NCBI GenBank assembly: GCA_963575745.1
Contig: CAUYUJ010000001.1
Coordinates: 1,550,001-1,614,000 of the forward strand
Reading direction: 5' to 3'
From: Prorocentrum cordatum
Lineage: Eukaryota
Length of the DNA stretch: 64,000 nt
Shown in pieces: positions 1-12,945 of this stretch (position 1 is its first letter; every line of letters begins with the position of its first letter). A program made the translations under genes and the position numbers. The notes beneath the pieces are model-generated. The model ran no database searches. It saw only the letters and a list, made by a program, of their open reading frames with translations, and was not told the DNA's origin.

Positions 1-1138
1 AGAGGACGGGGAGGAGGCGGAGGAGGAGAAGCTGCGCCGCGCCGCTTGGCCGACGCGCGGCCATCACCGCAGCCGCACCAGACCCGCGCTGCGCCGCAGC
101 CGCGCATCTCACCACTCCAGCGCCGCGCCTTGCGGCCGCAAACCCCACAGCCGCGCGGGATCAATGGCGCAGGAGCCGCGGCATACGAGGCGTTCCAGAG
201 AGGGCCTCGCCTTCGAGGTCGAAGCAGTTGCCATCCTTTTCCTCGGCGGAGGGCCAGCGGAAGGCAGCGGAAGGGCGTCGAAAGCCCGCGGAAGTGGAAC
301 GAGGCCTCCTCCTTCGGCGGAAGCCAGCGGAAGTATAAGATGCACCCCCTCACCTCGCCGTGTGTCTTTTGGGGGTACGTGACCTGTCTGTGAAATATGA
401 TGCAGCACTTCGGCGAAGAAGGCGAGGTCGATGCCCCACTGCACGATCCCTGACCCTATCCCTCTCCCATCGCTCCCACCTCCACCCCGAAAAGAGAGGA
501 ATATGACAATGTGTGGCAAGATATATGCCCCGCGCCTGCACACGCCCCTGCCGCCGCCGCTCCTGCTGCCGGTATTGAAAAACATCAGGGCGGCTCTCTG
601 TCATCGTTCCTCCCCAGACCTCCAACATATTTAAAACAACACGGCGGAGGTGTTTCGTCGTTTTTGGCGTTTGGGGGCCCTTGCGGGGCACCGGGGCTGG
701 TAACAAAACGATCGAGGACGAAAGTACGGGTCCCCGGGAAGTGGTCCAGGCCTCCGGGGACACCGTTCCGAAACAAATTAAGACGTCGGCGGTTTGGGCC
801 CTTCTCCCCTTCGCATTCGCTGATGGGCGTGGGCGGTATTTGTTTCAGGCGCTCCGCCGTCCGCTTTCCACTCGGCAGGCCGTGAGCGTGGTGACGCCTC
901 GTCGCTCGAGCGGAGGCGCGCGCTTCGGTGCGCTTCGGTCCTCACGCTCGTCGCCTTCGTCCTTTCTCTCTTTCCCCACAAACTCTTCGCTCCCCACCAA
1001 TGCTCTCATTATCACTCCCTCTCACACTTCCTTCTCGCCATATCTCTCATTTTTATTTTCTCTGTCTCTCTCTCTCTCACTTTGTCTGTATATAGATATG
1101 AATGTATATCAGAGGTTCGGGGGTGTGACTTGTCCCGC

Positions 1139-2882
1139 GGGTTGTCTTGATGGTTGTCTTGATGGTTGTCCCGATGGTTGTCCCGTTTGTTGTCCCGATG
1201 GTTGTCCCGATGGTTGTCCTGATGGTTGTCCCGATGGGTGTCCCGATGGTTGTCCCGACGGTTGTTCCGATGGATGTCCCGATGGTTGTCCTGATGGTTG
1301 TCCCGATGGGTGTCCCGATGGTTGTCCCGATGGTTGTCGTTGTTCCGATGGTTGTCCCGAGGGTTGTCCCGAGTGTTGTTTCGACGGGTGTCCCGATGGG
1401 TGTCCCGATGGTTGTCCCGATGGGTGTCCCGATGGTTGTCCCGATGGTTGTCCCGATGGTTGTCCCGATGGTTGTCCCGACGGTTTGTCCCGTTGGTTGT
1501 CCCGATGGTTGTCCCGATGGTTGTCCCGATGGTTGTCCCGATGGTTGTCCCGATGGTTGTCCCGATTGTTGTCCCGATGGTGTTGTCCCGATGGTGTTGT
1601 TCCGATGGTGTTGTCCCGATGGTGTTGTCCCGATGGTTGTCCCGATGGTTGTCCCGATGGTTGATGGTTGTCCCGATGGTTGTCCCGATGGTTGTCCCGA
1701 TGGTGTTGTCCCGATGGTGTTGTTCCGATGGTTGTCCCGATGGGTGTCCCGATGGTTGTCCCGATGGGTGTCCCGATGGCTGCCCCGATGGTTGTCCCGA
1801 CGGTTGGCCCCATGGTTGTCCTGACGGTTGTCCGGATTGTTGTCCCGATGGGTGTCCCGATGGTGTTCCCGACGGTTGTTCCGATGGATGTCCCGATGGT
1901 TGTCCTGATGGTTGTCCTGATGGTTGTCCCGATGGTTGTCCCGATGGTTGTCCCGATGGTTGTCCCGAGGGTTGTCCCGATGGTTGTTCCGATGGGTGTC
2001 CCGATGGGTGTCCCGATGGTTGCCCCGAAGGTTGCCCCGACGGTTGGCCCAACGGTTGTCCCGATGGTTGTCCCGATGGTTGTCCCGATTGGTGTCCCGA
2101 TGGTTGTCCCGATGGTTGTCCCGACGGTTGTTCCGATGGTTGTCCCGATTGTTGTCCCGATGGATGGTTGCCCCGATGGTTGTCCCGATGGTTGTCCCGA
2201 TGGTTGTTTCGACGGGTGTCCCGATGGTTATCCCGATGGTTGCCCCGATGGTTGCCCCGACAGTTGTCCCCATGGTTGTCCCGATGGTTGTCCCGGTGGT
2301 TGTCCCGACGGGTGTCCCGATGTGTGTCCCGATGGTTGTCATGATGGTTGTCCCGATGGTTGTGTCCCGACGGTTGTTCCGATGGTTGTGTCCCGATGGG
2401 TGCCCCGATGGTTGTCCCGATGGTTGTCCCGATGGTTGTGCCGATGTCTGTCCCGATGGTTGTCCCAACGGTTGGCCCCATGGTTGTCCCGATGGTTGTC
2501 CCGATGGTTGTCCCGATTGGTGTCCCGATTGGTTGTCCCGATGGTTGTCCCAATGGTTGTCCCGATGGTTGTCCTGATGGTTGTCCGATGGTTGTCCCGA
2601 TGGTTGTCCCGACGGTTTGTCCCGTTGGTTGTCCCGATGGTTGTCCCGATGGTTGTCCCGATGGTTGTCCCGATGGTTGTCCCGATGGTTGACCTGATGG
2701 TTGTCCCGATGGTTGTCCCGATTGTTGTCCCGATGGTGTTGTCCCGATGGTGTTGTTCCGATGTGTGTCCCGATTGGTGTCCCGATGGTTATCCCGATGG
2801 GTGTCCCGATGGCTGCCCCGATGGTTGCCCCGACGGTTGGCCCCATGGTTGTCCCGATGGTTGCCCCGATGGCTGTCCCGAC
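1139..2882. repeat. 12-bp satellite (GATGGTTGTCCC)n, ~1.7 kb
   Basis: Direct reading. It generates the GCPD/VVPM/LSRW pseudo-ORFs. Confidence 0.97.
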
Positions 2883-3920
2883 CTGCCCCCAGGATCGAGG
2901 GAAAGGAGTAGTAGATGTCCAGTACCCCAGCGGGAACAGGGTCTCGGAAGTGGGCAGCTCTCCTACTCGGGAGGCGCCAGCTGCGTACCAGTACCTACCG
3001 TGGCCACTCTACTCGGGGCCCAGATATGCGCCCTCCGTGGCATCATCCTGGCGAAGAAGTCTGAGGGCACTTCCCGGGGACCCCCTACAGTCCCCAGTCT
3101 GCCGCCCGCTGGAGCGAGAGCGGTGCCGCCACTGTCGCCGTCAAGCCAGGTCAGCGTGCTTCAGGCGCGCGAGATTATAGCCTTTTGCCCCCCCCGCTCC
3201 TCCAGCTCCTGCTTCCCCCTCCCTTCTCTCTCCTCTCCCTCCTAGCTAAACTCGGCACACTTACCAAGCATGCAGCGCCCATGGGTGCCCACCAACTGGG
3301 CACCAGGAGAAACCCTGAGTAGGAGCCTCCACGTGCGTGCCAGCTAGCATTGCGCTGGGAAATGTCATTGGGCCAGGCCGCTCCTGCCCTGGGCGCGACT
3401 TCGCCTGGCGCGGTGCCTGCCGGAGCCCACCTGCGTCTGGATCCGCGACTCGGTGGGCGTGGGGGGCGCCCGCCGTCCGTGGTCCCCGCGCAGCGCGCCC
3501 CGTCAGTCACCACAGGAGCTCCCCCAAGAGCTCCCACAGGAGGAGGAGGAGGAGGAGGAGGAGGAGGAGGACCAGTGTAAACCCAAGAGTCACCAACGAT
3601 GTTGGCATAAACCCTCCCTCCAAGCTTCCTCTTCACAGGCCCTTGCAAGGGTTATTTCCATTGAGGGAACTGCCTCGTTGGAAGACAATCGTTTGAAGAC
3701 CCTGAAGCATGCCAAATCATTGTTCTCGGGATTTCAACGCCACGGATCAACCGGACTGTTGCGTCTTGACGATCCTGAATGGTGCCAGGGCGCGATTCCT
3801 GGGATTTCAACACCGCGAATCAACGTAACTGCTGCGCCCGCGTAATCCTGAATCCTTCCAAACACTATTTCTGATACGCTGGTCATGGGAACCTGTAAAA
3901 CTCTTTCAAATGTTAAAAAC

Positions 3921-4252
3921 GAATGTGCGCGGCGCTAAGGCGAGAGCCATATTTTGAAAAGGAACCGCCCTCAATCCGTGAAGCTCTTGCGTTTTTTAGA
4001 GCGAATGTACGCGGCGCTAAGGCGAGAGCCACATTTTGCAAACGGGCCGCCCTCAATCCGTAAAGCTCTTGCGATTTAAAAACTCAGGTGCTTGGCGCTA
4101 AGGCGAGAGCCACATTTTGAAAAATGCCCGCCCTCAATACGTGAAACTTCTGCCAATGCTCAAGCTTCAGGGTTATAAATGGTGAAGAAGTCTCAGGCGA
4201 AACACCCGGCCCGCCCTAAAATCTGGCTTCAGGGTGCGACAGGGAGAAGTTT
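3921..4252 (+). repeat. ~83-bp tandem units (GCGCGGCGCTAAGGCGAGAGCCACATTTTG..) plus conserved end, copy 1
   Basis: Units near 3927, 4010 and 4094. Ends GGCCCGCCCTAAAA.CTGGC.TC.GGGTGCGACAGGGAG, as in copy 2. Confidence 0.85.
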
Positions 4253-4895
4253 CATTCTAAGGAAAGGAAGTGGAGGAGGATGAGGATAATGAGGAGAAGG
4301 AACAGGAGGAGTGCCTGCGGCTCCGCCTGCACGGACCTCCAGAGGAGGGAGGAGGGAGGTGAAGGAGGAGGAGGAGGAGGCACTGATGCCTCTGCGCGTC
4401 GGTCGTTCTGGCTGTTTCTTCGGGGGTTCCTGGGAGCCCTCGTCGTCACGGCCGGATACGTATTTGCTTAGAAATTTCTCGGCCAGACGGCAGCCCAAGA
4501 GAGCTCCTCCTCCTCCTTCTCCTCCTCCTCCTCCGCCTCCTCCTCCCCCTTGGAGCAGCAGAATTGGTATCTTCTTGTTCCCTCAGGCCTGTCAGGCCCC
4601 CGCCTCCGCTCCGCAAAGTGCCCCCCGCCCCGACGGGTATGGCAAAGCTGAGAAAGCAGGCGGCCCCGGGGCGAATCGGCCACGGAGTCTGCCTCCTCCG
4701 CCCATCGGCTTCGCGTGAGAGTGGCCTTCGCCGGAATGGCCGAATGGCCTTGTGCCTCCAGCACCGGCCTGAAGCGGCTTACTCCCTTGAGCTTGCCCCC
4801 CCCCCAAAGCCCCGCACAACAGGCCACTCTTTCCTAGGGTCGCTCTTACGTGTAGCCGAGTCCTTTCATTCGAAGTCTGCCTCCGCGCGCCGCAG

Positions 4896-4955
4896 GACAG
4901 CGCGGATGCCGGCCTCAGCCCCGACAGGCAGGCGCAGCTGGCGCTGTTCCAGGAG
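4896..4955 (+). CDS. FAF2: Exon of FAF2/UBXD8/PUX10-like UBX-domain protein (start of UBA-like domain)
   Basis: Acceptor cgcAG|G. Translates as DSADAGLSPDRQAQLALFQE, resembling helix 1 of UBA-like domains. GC donor. Joins in phase 0 to the 16047 exon. The start-codon exon was not identified. Confidence 0.7.
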
Positions 4956-5628
4956 GCTTTCCCGCCGCTCCAAGGCAGGAGGGGTGGAGGAGGGTGGGTC
5001 AGTGGAGCCAAAGCGGTCATGATAATGATATCTTCCCTGATTGCCAAGGTTTCCAACATTTCCAAGATTGCCTAGTGTTTCGCACGGGCTCCAGAAACGA
5101 GGGCCGCTAGACGTCCTGGAAATCCTGGAACGTATTCTCAGCTAGTACCTGTTATCATGACATCATGCTTGTCCGAAGGGGGGACGAAGAGGGCGACGGA
5201 GGAGCAGCAGGAGGAGGGAGGGTTGAAGAGGAGCAGAAGCAGCAGGAGCAGCAGGAGGAGGGCGAAGACCGGGAGACGTGTGGGGGAGGGGTAGAGGAGA
5301 ACGGGGAGGAGGTGGAGGGAGGACGGGGGATGACGGGAGAGACGTGCCCCCATCGCGCCCGCGCGCACGATTCTGCCGTGCAGGTCCTCGGCAGCCAGGG
5401 GGGAGGACCATTGCCGCCACAGGTGGGCTTTGCGACAACCGCGCTGTCGGGATGTGGCGTCCAGTGTCGGGTCTTGGAGCGTGCCTTGCCGCGTCGGCCA
5501 GGAAGGCCTCGGGGCAGGTCTCGAACGGATGGCGGCCAGCAGAAGATCTCGATGGACAGATTGCCCCTCCGCTTGCGCCGACGCGTGGGCCACAGCCAGC
5601 GCAATCAGCTCTTCCATGCGAAAACTCT

Positions 5629-5799
5629 GGCGCGGGGGCTTCTTCATCACCACAAGCCGGGGAATCGATCTTGGCGGGCCCAGGCAGGTGGCAGATGTGA
5701 ATCTTTTCTGGCCCTGGAGGGGCCAAGCATATCCATATCCACCGCCTGCCCAGGTCCCCGAAGATCGTTCCCCCCAGCGGTGGTTTGGTAAATCCCCGC
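5629..5799. mobile_element. Palindromic MITE-like element family A, copy 1
   Basis: Homologous to 15755-15930. Arms GGGGAATCGATCTT..GGCAGGTGG / CCGCCTGCC..AAGATCGTTCCCC. Confidence 0.65.
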
Positions 5800-6349
5800 C
5801 TCGCAGAAGACGCAGGAAACATGGCAATTGGAGAGGGAATTCCGAACAGGCCAGAGCACGCGGCGCCGCTCAGGGCTTCGGGCTAGGATCGGGCCCCGTG
5901 GCGGCCAGCAGAATCCCCAACGGCCTCGAGGCAAGGGCACGTGGCCACCTCAGCGGCTGCAGGCAAGGCACCGATAGAAGGGCCAACGTGGGCTCAGGAG
6001 GAGCTCCGGTATTCGGGGCGCTCCTCAGAGGCAGGCCGGGGGTTTTTGCTCGAAGCCGAGGCCGCCACGTGCAGGGAAGCTCCTCCGCTCCTGCTTCAGA
6101 GCTCCTCGTGGTAGCAAGATGGCCGTAGCAGCGGCCAGGGGAACCCATAACGACCCCAGGGGGCCAAGTGTCCACCTCGGGACCAGTCGGGGCCGGCGTG
6201 GTCCAGGGGAGTCCCGAGCCCGAGGGCGCAATCGGTCACCAGGCGTCGGACGGGGCCAGTGGCGGCCGATGGGATGCCCAGCGCGCCCAGGACCCCGTCA
6301 GACCAGAGAAAACCATCAGTGGATGGTTCGAAAGGTTCGAAAGTTAGTG

Positions 6350-6602
6350 ATATGGATATTGAGATTTACTGTGAGATCGATGGTGAGATCGATAGTTGAA
6401 TCGATAGTGAGGACGATAGTAGGTCGATCGTGTGACCGCAGGTGACGTCGATTCAGTGTGATCGATCGTGGGATCGCTCGTGCGATCTATGGTGAGATCG
6501 ATGGTGAGATCGATAATAAGATCGATTGTGAGATCTATAGTGGGATCGATAGTGACCTGGGTCATGAGATCGATGGTGAGACCAATCGATCAGGAGATCG
6601 AC
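6350..6602. repeat. Degenerate 12-bp satellite (GAGATCGATGGT)n
   Basis: Direct reading. Confidence 0.85.
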
Positions 6603-8014
6603 CAGGAACTCAGAAACCCGGAAACCCCGCCGCCCACCGAGATCGGCCCGGAACCAGCAACCTGGAGTCCGGGAACCCGGGACCAGGAACCCGGTAACCC
6701 GGCCGCCCAACGAATTTGGCCGGGAACTTTCGCCAAATATTTCAACATCCGCTAGGACCCCTTCAGTGCAAGCACTGATTGGGGAATTTCGGGGATCAAG
6801 CTTGCCTGAGATGGCTCGTGCAGCTTGCTCTCGGACATTTGGGGGAGCTGACGCGGTGCGAGTGGCCCTCGAAGCATGTGCTGGAGCGTCGCGTGGGGGG
6901 GCGCGATGCGCGAAGTTCCCGTCGACCTACGGTCGGGAACTTCTGGATAGCGCGTCGCTCCGCCGGTTCTGGCCCACCATGCTTCGGCGCGACACGCTAA
7001 ATTCATGTCTTGGTCCCCGAGCGTCCACCTTCCGAGCTGCTCCTGGCCTTCCGCCCGCAGAGCGGAGCGACACGCTGTCCGCTCGCATGGCGTAGCGTGC
7101 CGCCGCGGCCGCCGCCGCGACACGCTATCCAAAAACTCCTGACCTCTAGAGAGCTCCCCTCCTGATCGGTTCCCGTGGGCACCTTGGCTCCTAGCGGGCG
7201 CTGGCGCCAGGGGGCAGGGCGCGTAGCGTCAAGTCGGGCATGTCCCTCTGCAGGAGGAGCATTCGAGATCAGCTGTAAAATAGTCCGGCGACGACTTGTC
7301 GTGCTCTTCTGACCATCTTTTAAGGTGAGATTCGCAATGTGTATGTTTTTCTTCCAAGCTCCGCCTGTAGGAGGACATGCCCGACCGAAGCGTAGCCCGC
7401 GCGGCGCGGCCCGCCCGCCGCGCGGCCCCGCGGCGGTCCGGATCCACCGGACGACGCGGGCGCGGCGGCGGCACGCCGCGCCGCCCGAATTCGCAGGGGC
7501 GCGGGCCCGTGGCGGCAGCCCGCCACGTGCAGGGGCCACGCCATGCGGCGCGGCCCCCCGGGGAGGCAAGGGTACCTCGGGGGTGGACAGAGCCCCCAAC
7601 AGTGACACGTCGATTCGTGAATTGTCCGTCTTCGGTTCTCGAGGGGGCGCCGTGGCCGTTATCTTCCCAGGCTTGCGCCCGCCAGGTTTGGGCCTCAGGT
7701 CGGTTTCACTGAACCGCGTTTTACTAAAGGGGGGTCTGTCCATCCCGGGTACCGATTCGAGCAGGGCATCGACTGCAGGAGTGACTCACCCCGAGGTCAG
7801 GTTTCCCCCTCGAGTCTGCGACGAATGTTTGTTCCGTAGGTTCGGCGCGAAACTGGATTTCGGGGCAAGTCCATTCTGTAGTCGATACCTTACTCGACTG
7901 ATAATACCGCTGCCTCTCCCTCGTCTTCGCCTTCTTCGGCCTCCGGGGAGGCCTTCGTCGCCACGGCTGGATTCGCTTCGGAACCCCGGTCAGAAGGCAC
8001 CCTGGGAGAGGTCC

Positions 8015-8377
8015 ATGGAGCAGCGGTATTGGTACGTTTCGGCCCACCCAGGTCCGCACACTCCGCCGCTGAAGAGGAGGAAGTGCGCCTCGCCGCCCCC
8101 AGCGCGGCTCGAGAAGTGCGTCATCTGCCTCTCGCTGCGGAGGTGCGCCCACGTAAGGCGGCACGAGATGCGGGGGGGCTCGCAGCTGTGCGGCAGCCAC
8201 GCGATCTGCGTGCCGTGCAGCGACCAGATGGTGCAGAAGTTCCAGCCTGGCGCAGGGGCTGGCAACGGGCAGTTTCTGTGCCCGGTCTGTCTGGCCCCGC
8301 TCGGCCCTCGCCGGCGTGCCCTGGACGAGGGCACAGAGGCGATGCGGTGGAGCGTGGCACCAGAGACTCCCAGAGAG
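8015..8377 (+). CDS. RING-HC (C3HC4) finger exon of a nested putative E3 ligase / coiled-coil gene
   Basis: ATG at 8015. NLS-like PPLKRRK. CVIC-x20-CGSHAICVPC-x20-CPVC fits the C3HC4 consensus. Unspliced it would stop at 8389; a donor after 8377 (GA) or 8383 (GT) joins in phase to 8559. Confidence 0.7.
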
Positions 8378-8558
8378 GATCGGGTATAGGGACAGCTGGG
8401 TACGGAATCTAGTGCATGCAGCTGGTTTCGGCCTGCCGCATGGCGCTTTCCTCGATGCATGGTCGCCTTCGGCGCTCGGAGGCGCCGGTAAGACCAGCTG
8501 CATGGGCTGATTCGCTGACCCCCATCACTTACTACCCCCATCTTGTCTGACCCGAGAG

Positions 8559-10994
8559 GAGTGGCCAGTTGTCGCAGAGCACGCGACGCAGGCTGCTCTG
8601 CGCGACCGGGACAAGGAGAAGCTGCGGCGCCTCTGGGGGGAGCTGTCCTCGCAGGAAGGGCAAGCCGTCGCCCAGTGCGCGGGCGCCGCGTCCGCCACCC
8701 TCGGCACCAAGGAGGCCAGCCACGAGGGGAGCGGTGGCAAGGCTGCTGGCGGCTGCGCTTCGGCCCGAGACAGTGCCGACGGCCATGCCTCTGCGCGCCC
8801 GAGCGCCGGGCCTGCGCCAGCGTTGGACGCGGCGGCGGCGGCAGGCACCGCCTCGGCCCGAGGCAGTGCCGACGGCCATGCCTCTGCGCGCCCGAGCGCC
8901 GTGCCTGCGCCAGCGTTGGCCGCGGCGGCGGCGGCAGACAGCGCCAGTGGCAGTCACAAGAGCGTTGCCAGCCAATCGCGAGGAGGAATTGTCGGCTTCG
9001 TGGAGATGCTGGTGGGCAGGGCGCCGCGGGCGCAAGAGTTGCGCGGCTCGCTGGGAGAGACGCTTGCCCATCAGCGGCCGCAGGCGGCAGCAGCGGGAGA
9101 TGGCCAGGCCGCGGCCGAGCCATCTCGCGCGGGTGAGACGCGGCCTGCCCATAGGGCGCCAGGGCCGCCCGCCACCTTGGAAGAGCCTCCGGACGCAGCC
9201 CTGGAGCGCGCCGTGAGCCCAGCCGGGAGGAAGCGGCCTCGAAAGCCGGCGCGCGGGCCGCCCGTCCAGCGCGCGGCGGACGAGCCACCGCAGGCGCACC
9301 CGGCAAGGCCCGTGGCGTCGCCGTGCCGCAGCGCGCCGAGCGACCTGGCGGGGCCATGCGCGGGCGCCAGCCCCGCCGCATTGTGCTTGCCGTCGCTCAG
9401 CGCACTGTTCGCCCAGACGATCGCCGTGCCGCGGGCGGCACGGGCGCACGCTGGGCCGCCAGAGGGCCGTCGGGCCCGGCGGGGGCCCGCCGGTGCGCAG
9501 CGCGGGGCTGCCGAGGGAGCGTCGGCCAGCACTGCGGCGGAGGCCTGCGGGAGCGCTGCTGCGGCAGCAGGGCACGCAGGCGTGGAGGAGGTGTGGAGCG
9601 GGGCCGCGGATGGCGGGGATGAGGCGGAGGAGGCGAGAGGGCAGGAGGAGGGGGAGAAGCAGGAGCTCGGGGCTGCTGCGGAGGCAGGGCGCCGATCCGC
9701 GGAAGAGGTGGAGCGTGACGCCGCAGAGGAGGACAAGCGCGAGGCTGCACAGCAAGAAGCTGGGCGTAAGGCTGCGGAGGCAGCGAAGCGGAAGGCCGCT
9801 CTTGAGGCGGAGCGCAAGGCTGCGGAGGAGGCCTTGCGCAAGGCTACAGAAGACGCGTGGCGCAGCGCCGCGGTGGAGGCACGGCGCAAGGCTACAGAGG
9901 AGGAGAAGCGCGCCGCCATGGCCGTGGAGGCAGCGAAGCGGAAGACCGCCCTTCAGGCGGAGCGCAGGGCCGAGGAGGAGGCAGGGCGTAAGGCTGCTCT
10001 TGAGGCGGAGCGCAAGGCTGCGGAGGAGGCGAGCCGGATGGCCGCGAAGGAGGCGCAGCGCAAGGCGGCACATGAGGAGGCCGAGCGGAGGGCGGCAGAG
10101 GAGGCAGGGCGTCAAGCTGCTCTTGAGGCGGAGCGCCGAGCTGCGGAGGAACAACAGCGCAGAGTCGCTCAAGCGGCGAGCCGTAGGGCGGCGAGGGAGG
10201 CTCAGCGCAAGGCGGAAGAGGAGGAGGAGGAGGAGGAGGAGGAGGAAAAGGAGGGGGCGCAGCCCAAGGCAGCAGAAGAGGAGAAGGATGAAGCAGGGCG
10301 TAAGGCTGCTCTTGAAGCGGAGCGCCGGGCTGCGGAGGAACAACAGCGCAGAGTCGCTCAAGAGGCGAGTCGTAGTGCCGCGAAGCAGACGCAGCGCAAG
10401 GAGGCAGAGCAGGAGGAGGAGGAGGAGAAGGAGGAGGAGGAGGAGGAGGAGGAGGAGAAGGCGCAGCGCAAGGCGGCAGAGGAGGAGGAGGAGGAGGAGG
10501 AGGAGGAGGAGGAGGAGGCGGAGGAGGAGGAGGAGGCCGAGCGCAGGGCTGCGGAGGAGGCAGGGCGTAAGGCCGCTCTGGAAGCGGAGCGCCGAGCTGC
10601 AGAGGAGGAGCGACGCAGGGTCGCTCAGGAGGCGAGCCGGATGGCCGCGAAGGCGGCGCAGCGCAAGGCGGCGGAGGAGGAGGCTGACCGCAGGGGTGCA
10701 GAGGAGGCAGGGCGCAAGGTTGCTCTTGAGGCGGAGCGCATGGCTGCGGAGGAGGCACGGCGCAGGGTTGCTCGGGAGGCGAGCCGGAGAACCGCACAAG
10801 AGGCAACGCGTAAGTCCGCAGAGGAGGAGAAGCGCAGGGCTGCCCAGAGGGAGAAGGCGGAGGCAGAGCGTCAAGTTGCAGAGGAGGCAGACCCTGTGGC
10901 TACTCTTGAGGCGAAGTTGAGTGCCGCGGAGGAGGCAACGCGCAGGGCCGCCGTGGAAGCAGCTGAGCGCAGGGCTGCAAATGACGAGATGCAG
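8559..10994 (+). CDS. Exon 2 of nested RING gene: Ala-rich linker + long EAERRAAEE helical repeats
   Basis: The frame of ORF 8823..11408 is open from the acceptor gagAG|G at 8559 (EWPVVAEHATQAALRDRDKEKLRRLWGEL). It contains E/A/R/K tandem repeats of SAH/coiled-coil type. Donor cAG|GT at 10994. Confidence 0.55.
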
Positions 10995-12945
10995 GTTATG
11001 GAGGGGGCACAACAGTGGGCAGTCAGCACTGCCAGTCAACCACGAGTTCTAGATGCCAGAACCTTTCGCCAATGCGCAATGTGTGTGTGGCGCGTTCCAC
11101 ACATCGCCTCGTCTTCGGCGCGTCTGCGCCCTCGGCGACAGGGGGCGGAAGGCCAGCGGAAGCTGGCGGAAGTGAAACAGCGGCGGGTCCGCTGGCGGGA
11201 GGCCTGTGGGAGGCCGGCGGAAGGCGGCGGAAGTAGAGGCGAGGCGTCAACGTGTTTGGGCCTTAGGAGTTTCCAGAGTCGGCCATCTAGGGGCCTCTGG
11301 GCCTCTGCTTTCTCCAGCCACCGTGTCTGGGCGGCCCGCAGCGGGTCTCCGATGAGCCTCGGGAGGTCCCCAGTTGGCCTTGGGGGGGAGGCCTCCGGGA
11401 GCGCGTGAGGTCGCCGTGGGCTGGGAAAGCCTTGGGGGGACCTGGTCTGGCGCACCAGCGCACTCTCTGAGGCCAAACTTGTTGAAGCACCTGGTGACTC
11501 AAGTGGCTTGCGCCATTCTGCCGGCCCTTGAAGGGTGGACGAGGCCAGTGGGGTCCGAGGTGCACGGTCTGCCTGAGCAGGAGGAGGCGCAGGAGGACGA
11601 CGAACAGCGAGGCGATATCCCAGTGAGGTTGTGAGGCAAGGGGGCGGGGCAATTATTTGGACGTGCAAAGCGGGAGTCGCGATGGGCCCACAAGGGAGGT
11701 ATCAGCGTGCACATCTCCCAATGACTGAACTGAGCGTTGGATAAGCCAACGCGCAAGTCGTCACGACACGAATTTGCCGCATTCATGTTGAAGTGTAGTT
11801 CTAGGTGCCGTGGTGAGTTCTAGATGCTGTGGTGAGAGCTCTGGTGCTCTGGTGTGGCCACTTATCGGGCTTCAGCCCTTTGACGCAGCGGAAGGCCGTT
11901 GATTTCGGCATCCGCTGAAACTTGCGGGAACAGGAGACAGGGGAGCGAGCAGGGGGACGAAGAAGGAAAGAGGAGGAAGAGGAAGAGGTTCTGGAAGCCA
12001 CAGCTAGCTGTTGCTAGAGTCTGAGCAACCGAAGGAGAGGAGTAGGCATTGCATGTCGGCGTACACGTGTCTGTGCCGCCCTGCGTCGTGCACGCGGCCT
12101 CCATGTTGTCAAGATGCGTTATGGACTCTGTCCTTTCTTCCCCTTCCTCGTCCTTAAGGCATGCGGATACCCACTGCACGGACGTTGCCGCGCTTCTCTT
12201 TCCCACCCCCGCCCCAACACCCGTGACTTTCCCTGGGCGCGGGGGACGGCCTGTTCCCACAAACCACTTCTGAACATAGGCGCCCGAGTGAGCTGTCTTG
12301 GGCGTCCGTCGCGGCCTTTTGGGGGGCAGTCTTTGGGCTCTCTTGGGGCCTTCTTGGGGTTGTCTTCGGGCCGCTTGTGAAAGTGCGTGGGCCAGTTTGG
12401 GGCCGCCATGGGGCCCTCCTGAGCAGGCACTGATGCGGCAATCGTGTGCAGACAAGAAAGCCATACATGCGTGTATGTATATGTATTGTGTCTAAATGTG
12501 TGTTAGGTTTACACACAGACGTAGACATGCATACACACATACATGTTGGACTTATTTTGGCGGTCTGGGGCCTTGGGACCTTCTGGCGGCCTCGGAGGGC
12601 CCCCCTGGGCCATGTTGGAGCCTGGGGGCCTCCATGCGCTCCTTGGGGCTTCCTGCGCCCCCCTTCTGCCAAGTCGCGAAAATCCCCCCTTCCCTTCCGC
12701 GGGGAGGGGTTGGGGAGGGGCATGCGTTTCCCACGCCAGAGCCCAATCTCAGCGGCGCGGCCGGGGAGGAAGGAGGAGGGGGCCGGCCTTCTCAGAAGTT
12801 GGCGAGGCTTTGGAGCAGCCCCACCGCCTTCTGAGAAGGACGGCCCCCTCTGCCTTCCTACACAGGCCCGCTGCCGACAATCGATCGGTGAATTTCTTTG
12901 GGGCACCTCGGGTGCTTTCAAGAGCCCAGTTTCCATGGTTGTCAG

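Noticed and set aside
681..3245. Long Cys-rich GCPD-repeat ORFs (metallothionein/keratin-like appearance)
   Set aside because: They are translations of a stop-free 12-bp satellite, are open in many frames on both strands, and shift frame freely.
3921..4140. CRISPR-like regularly spaced repeats (also 25081-25400)
   Set aside because: The intervening sequence is also repeated (whole ~83-bp units), there are no unique spacers or cas genes, and the context is eukaryotic.
164..4660. First exon of the FAF2-like gene (candidates MAQ at 164, MMQHFGEEGE at 397, MAKLRKQ near 4639)
   Set aside because: All are phase-compatible and cannot be distinguished without transcripts.
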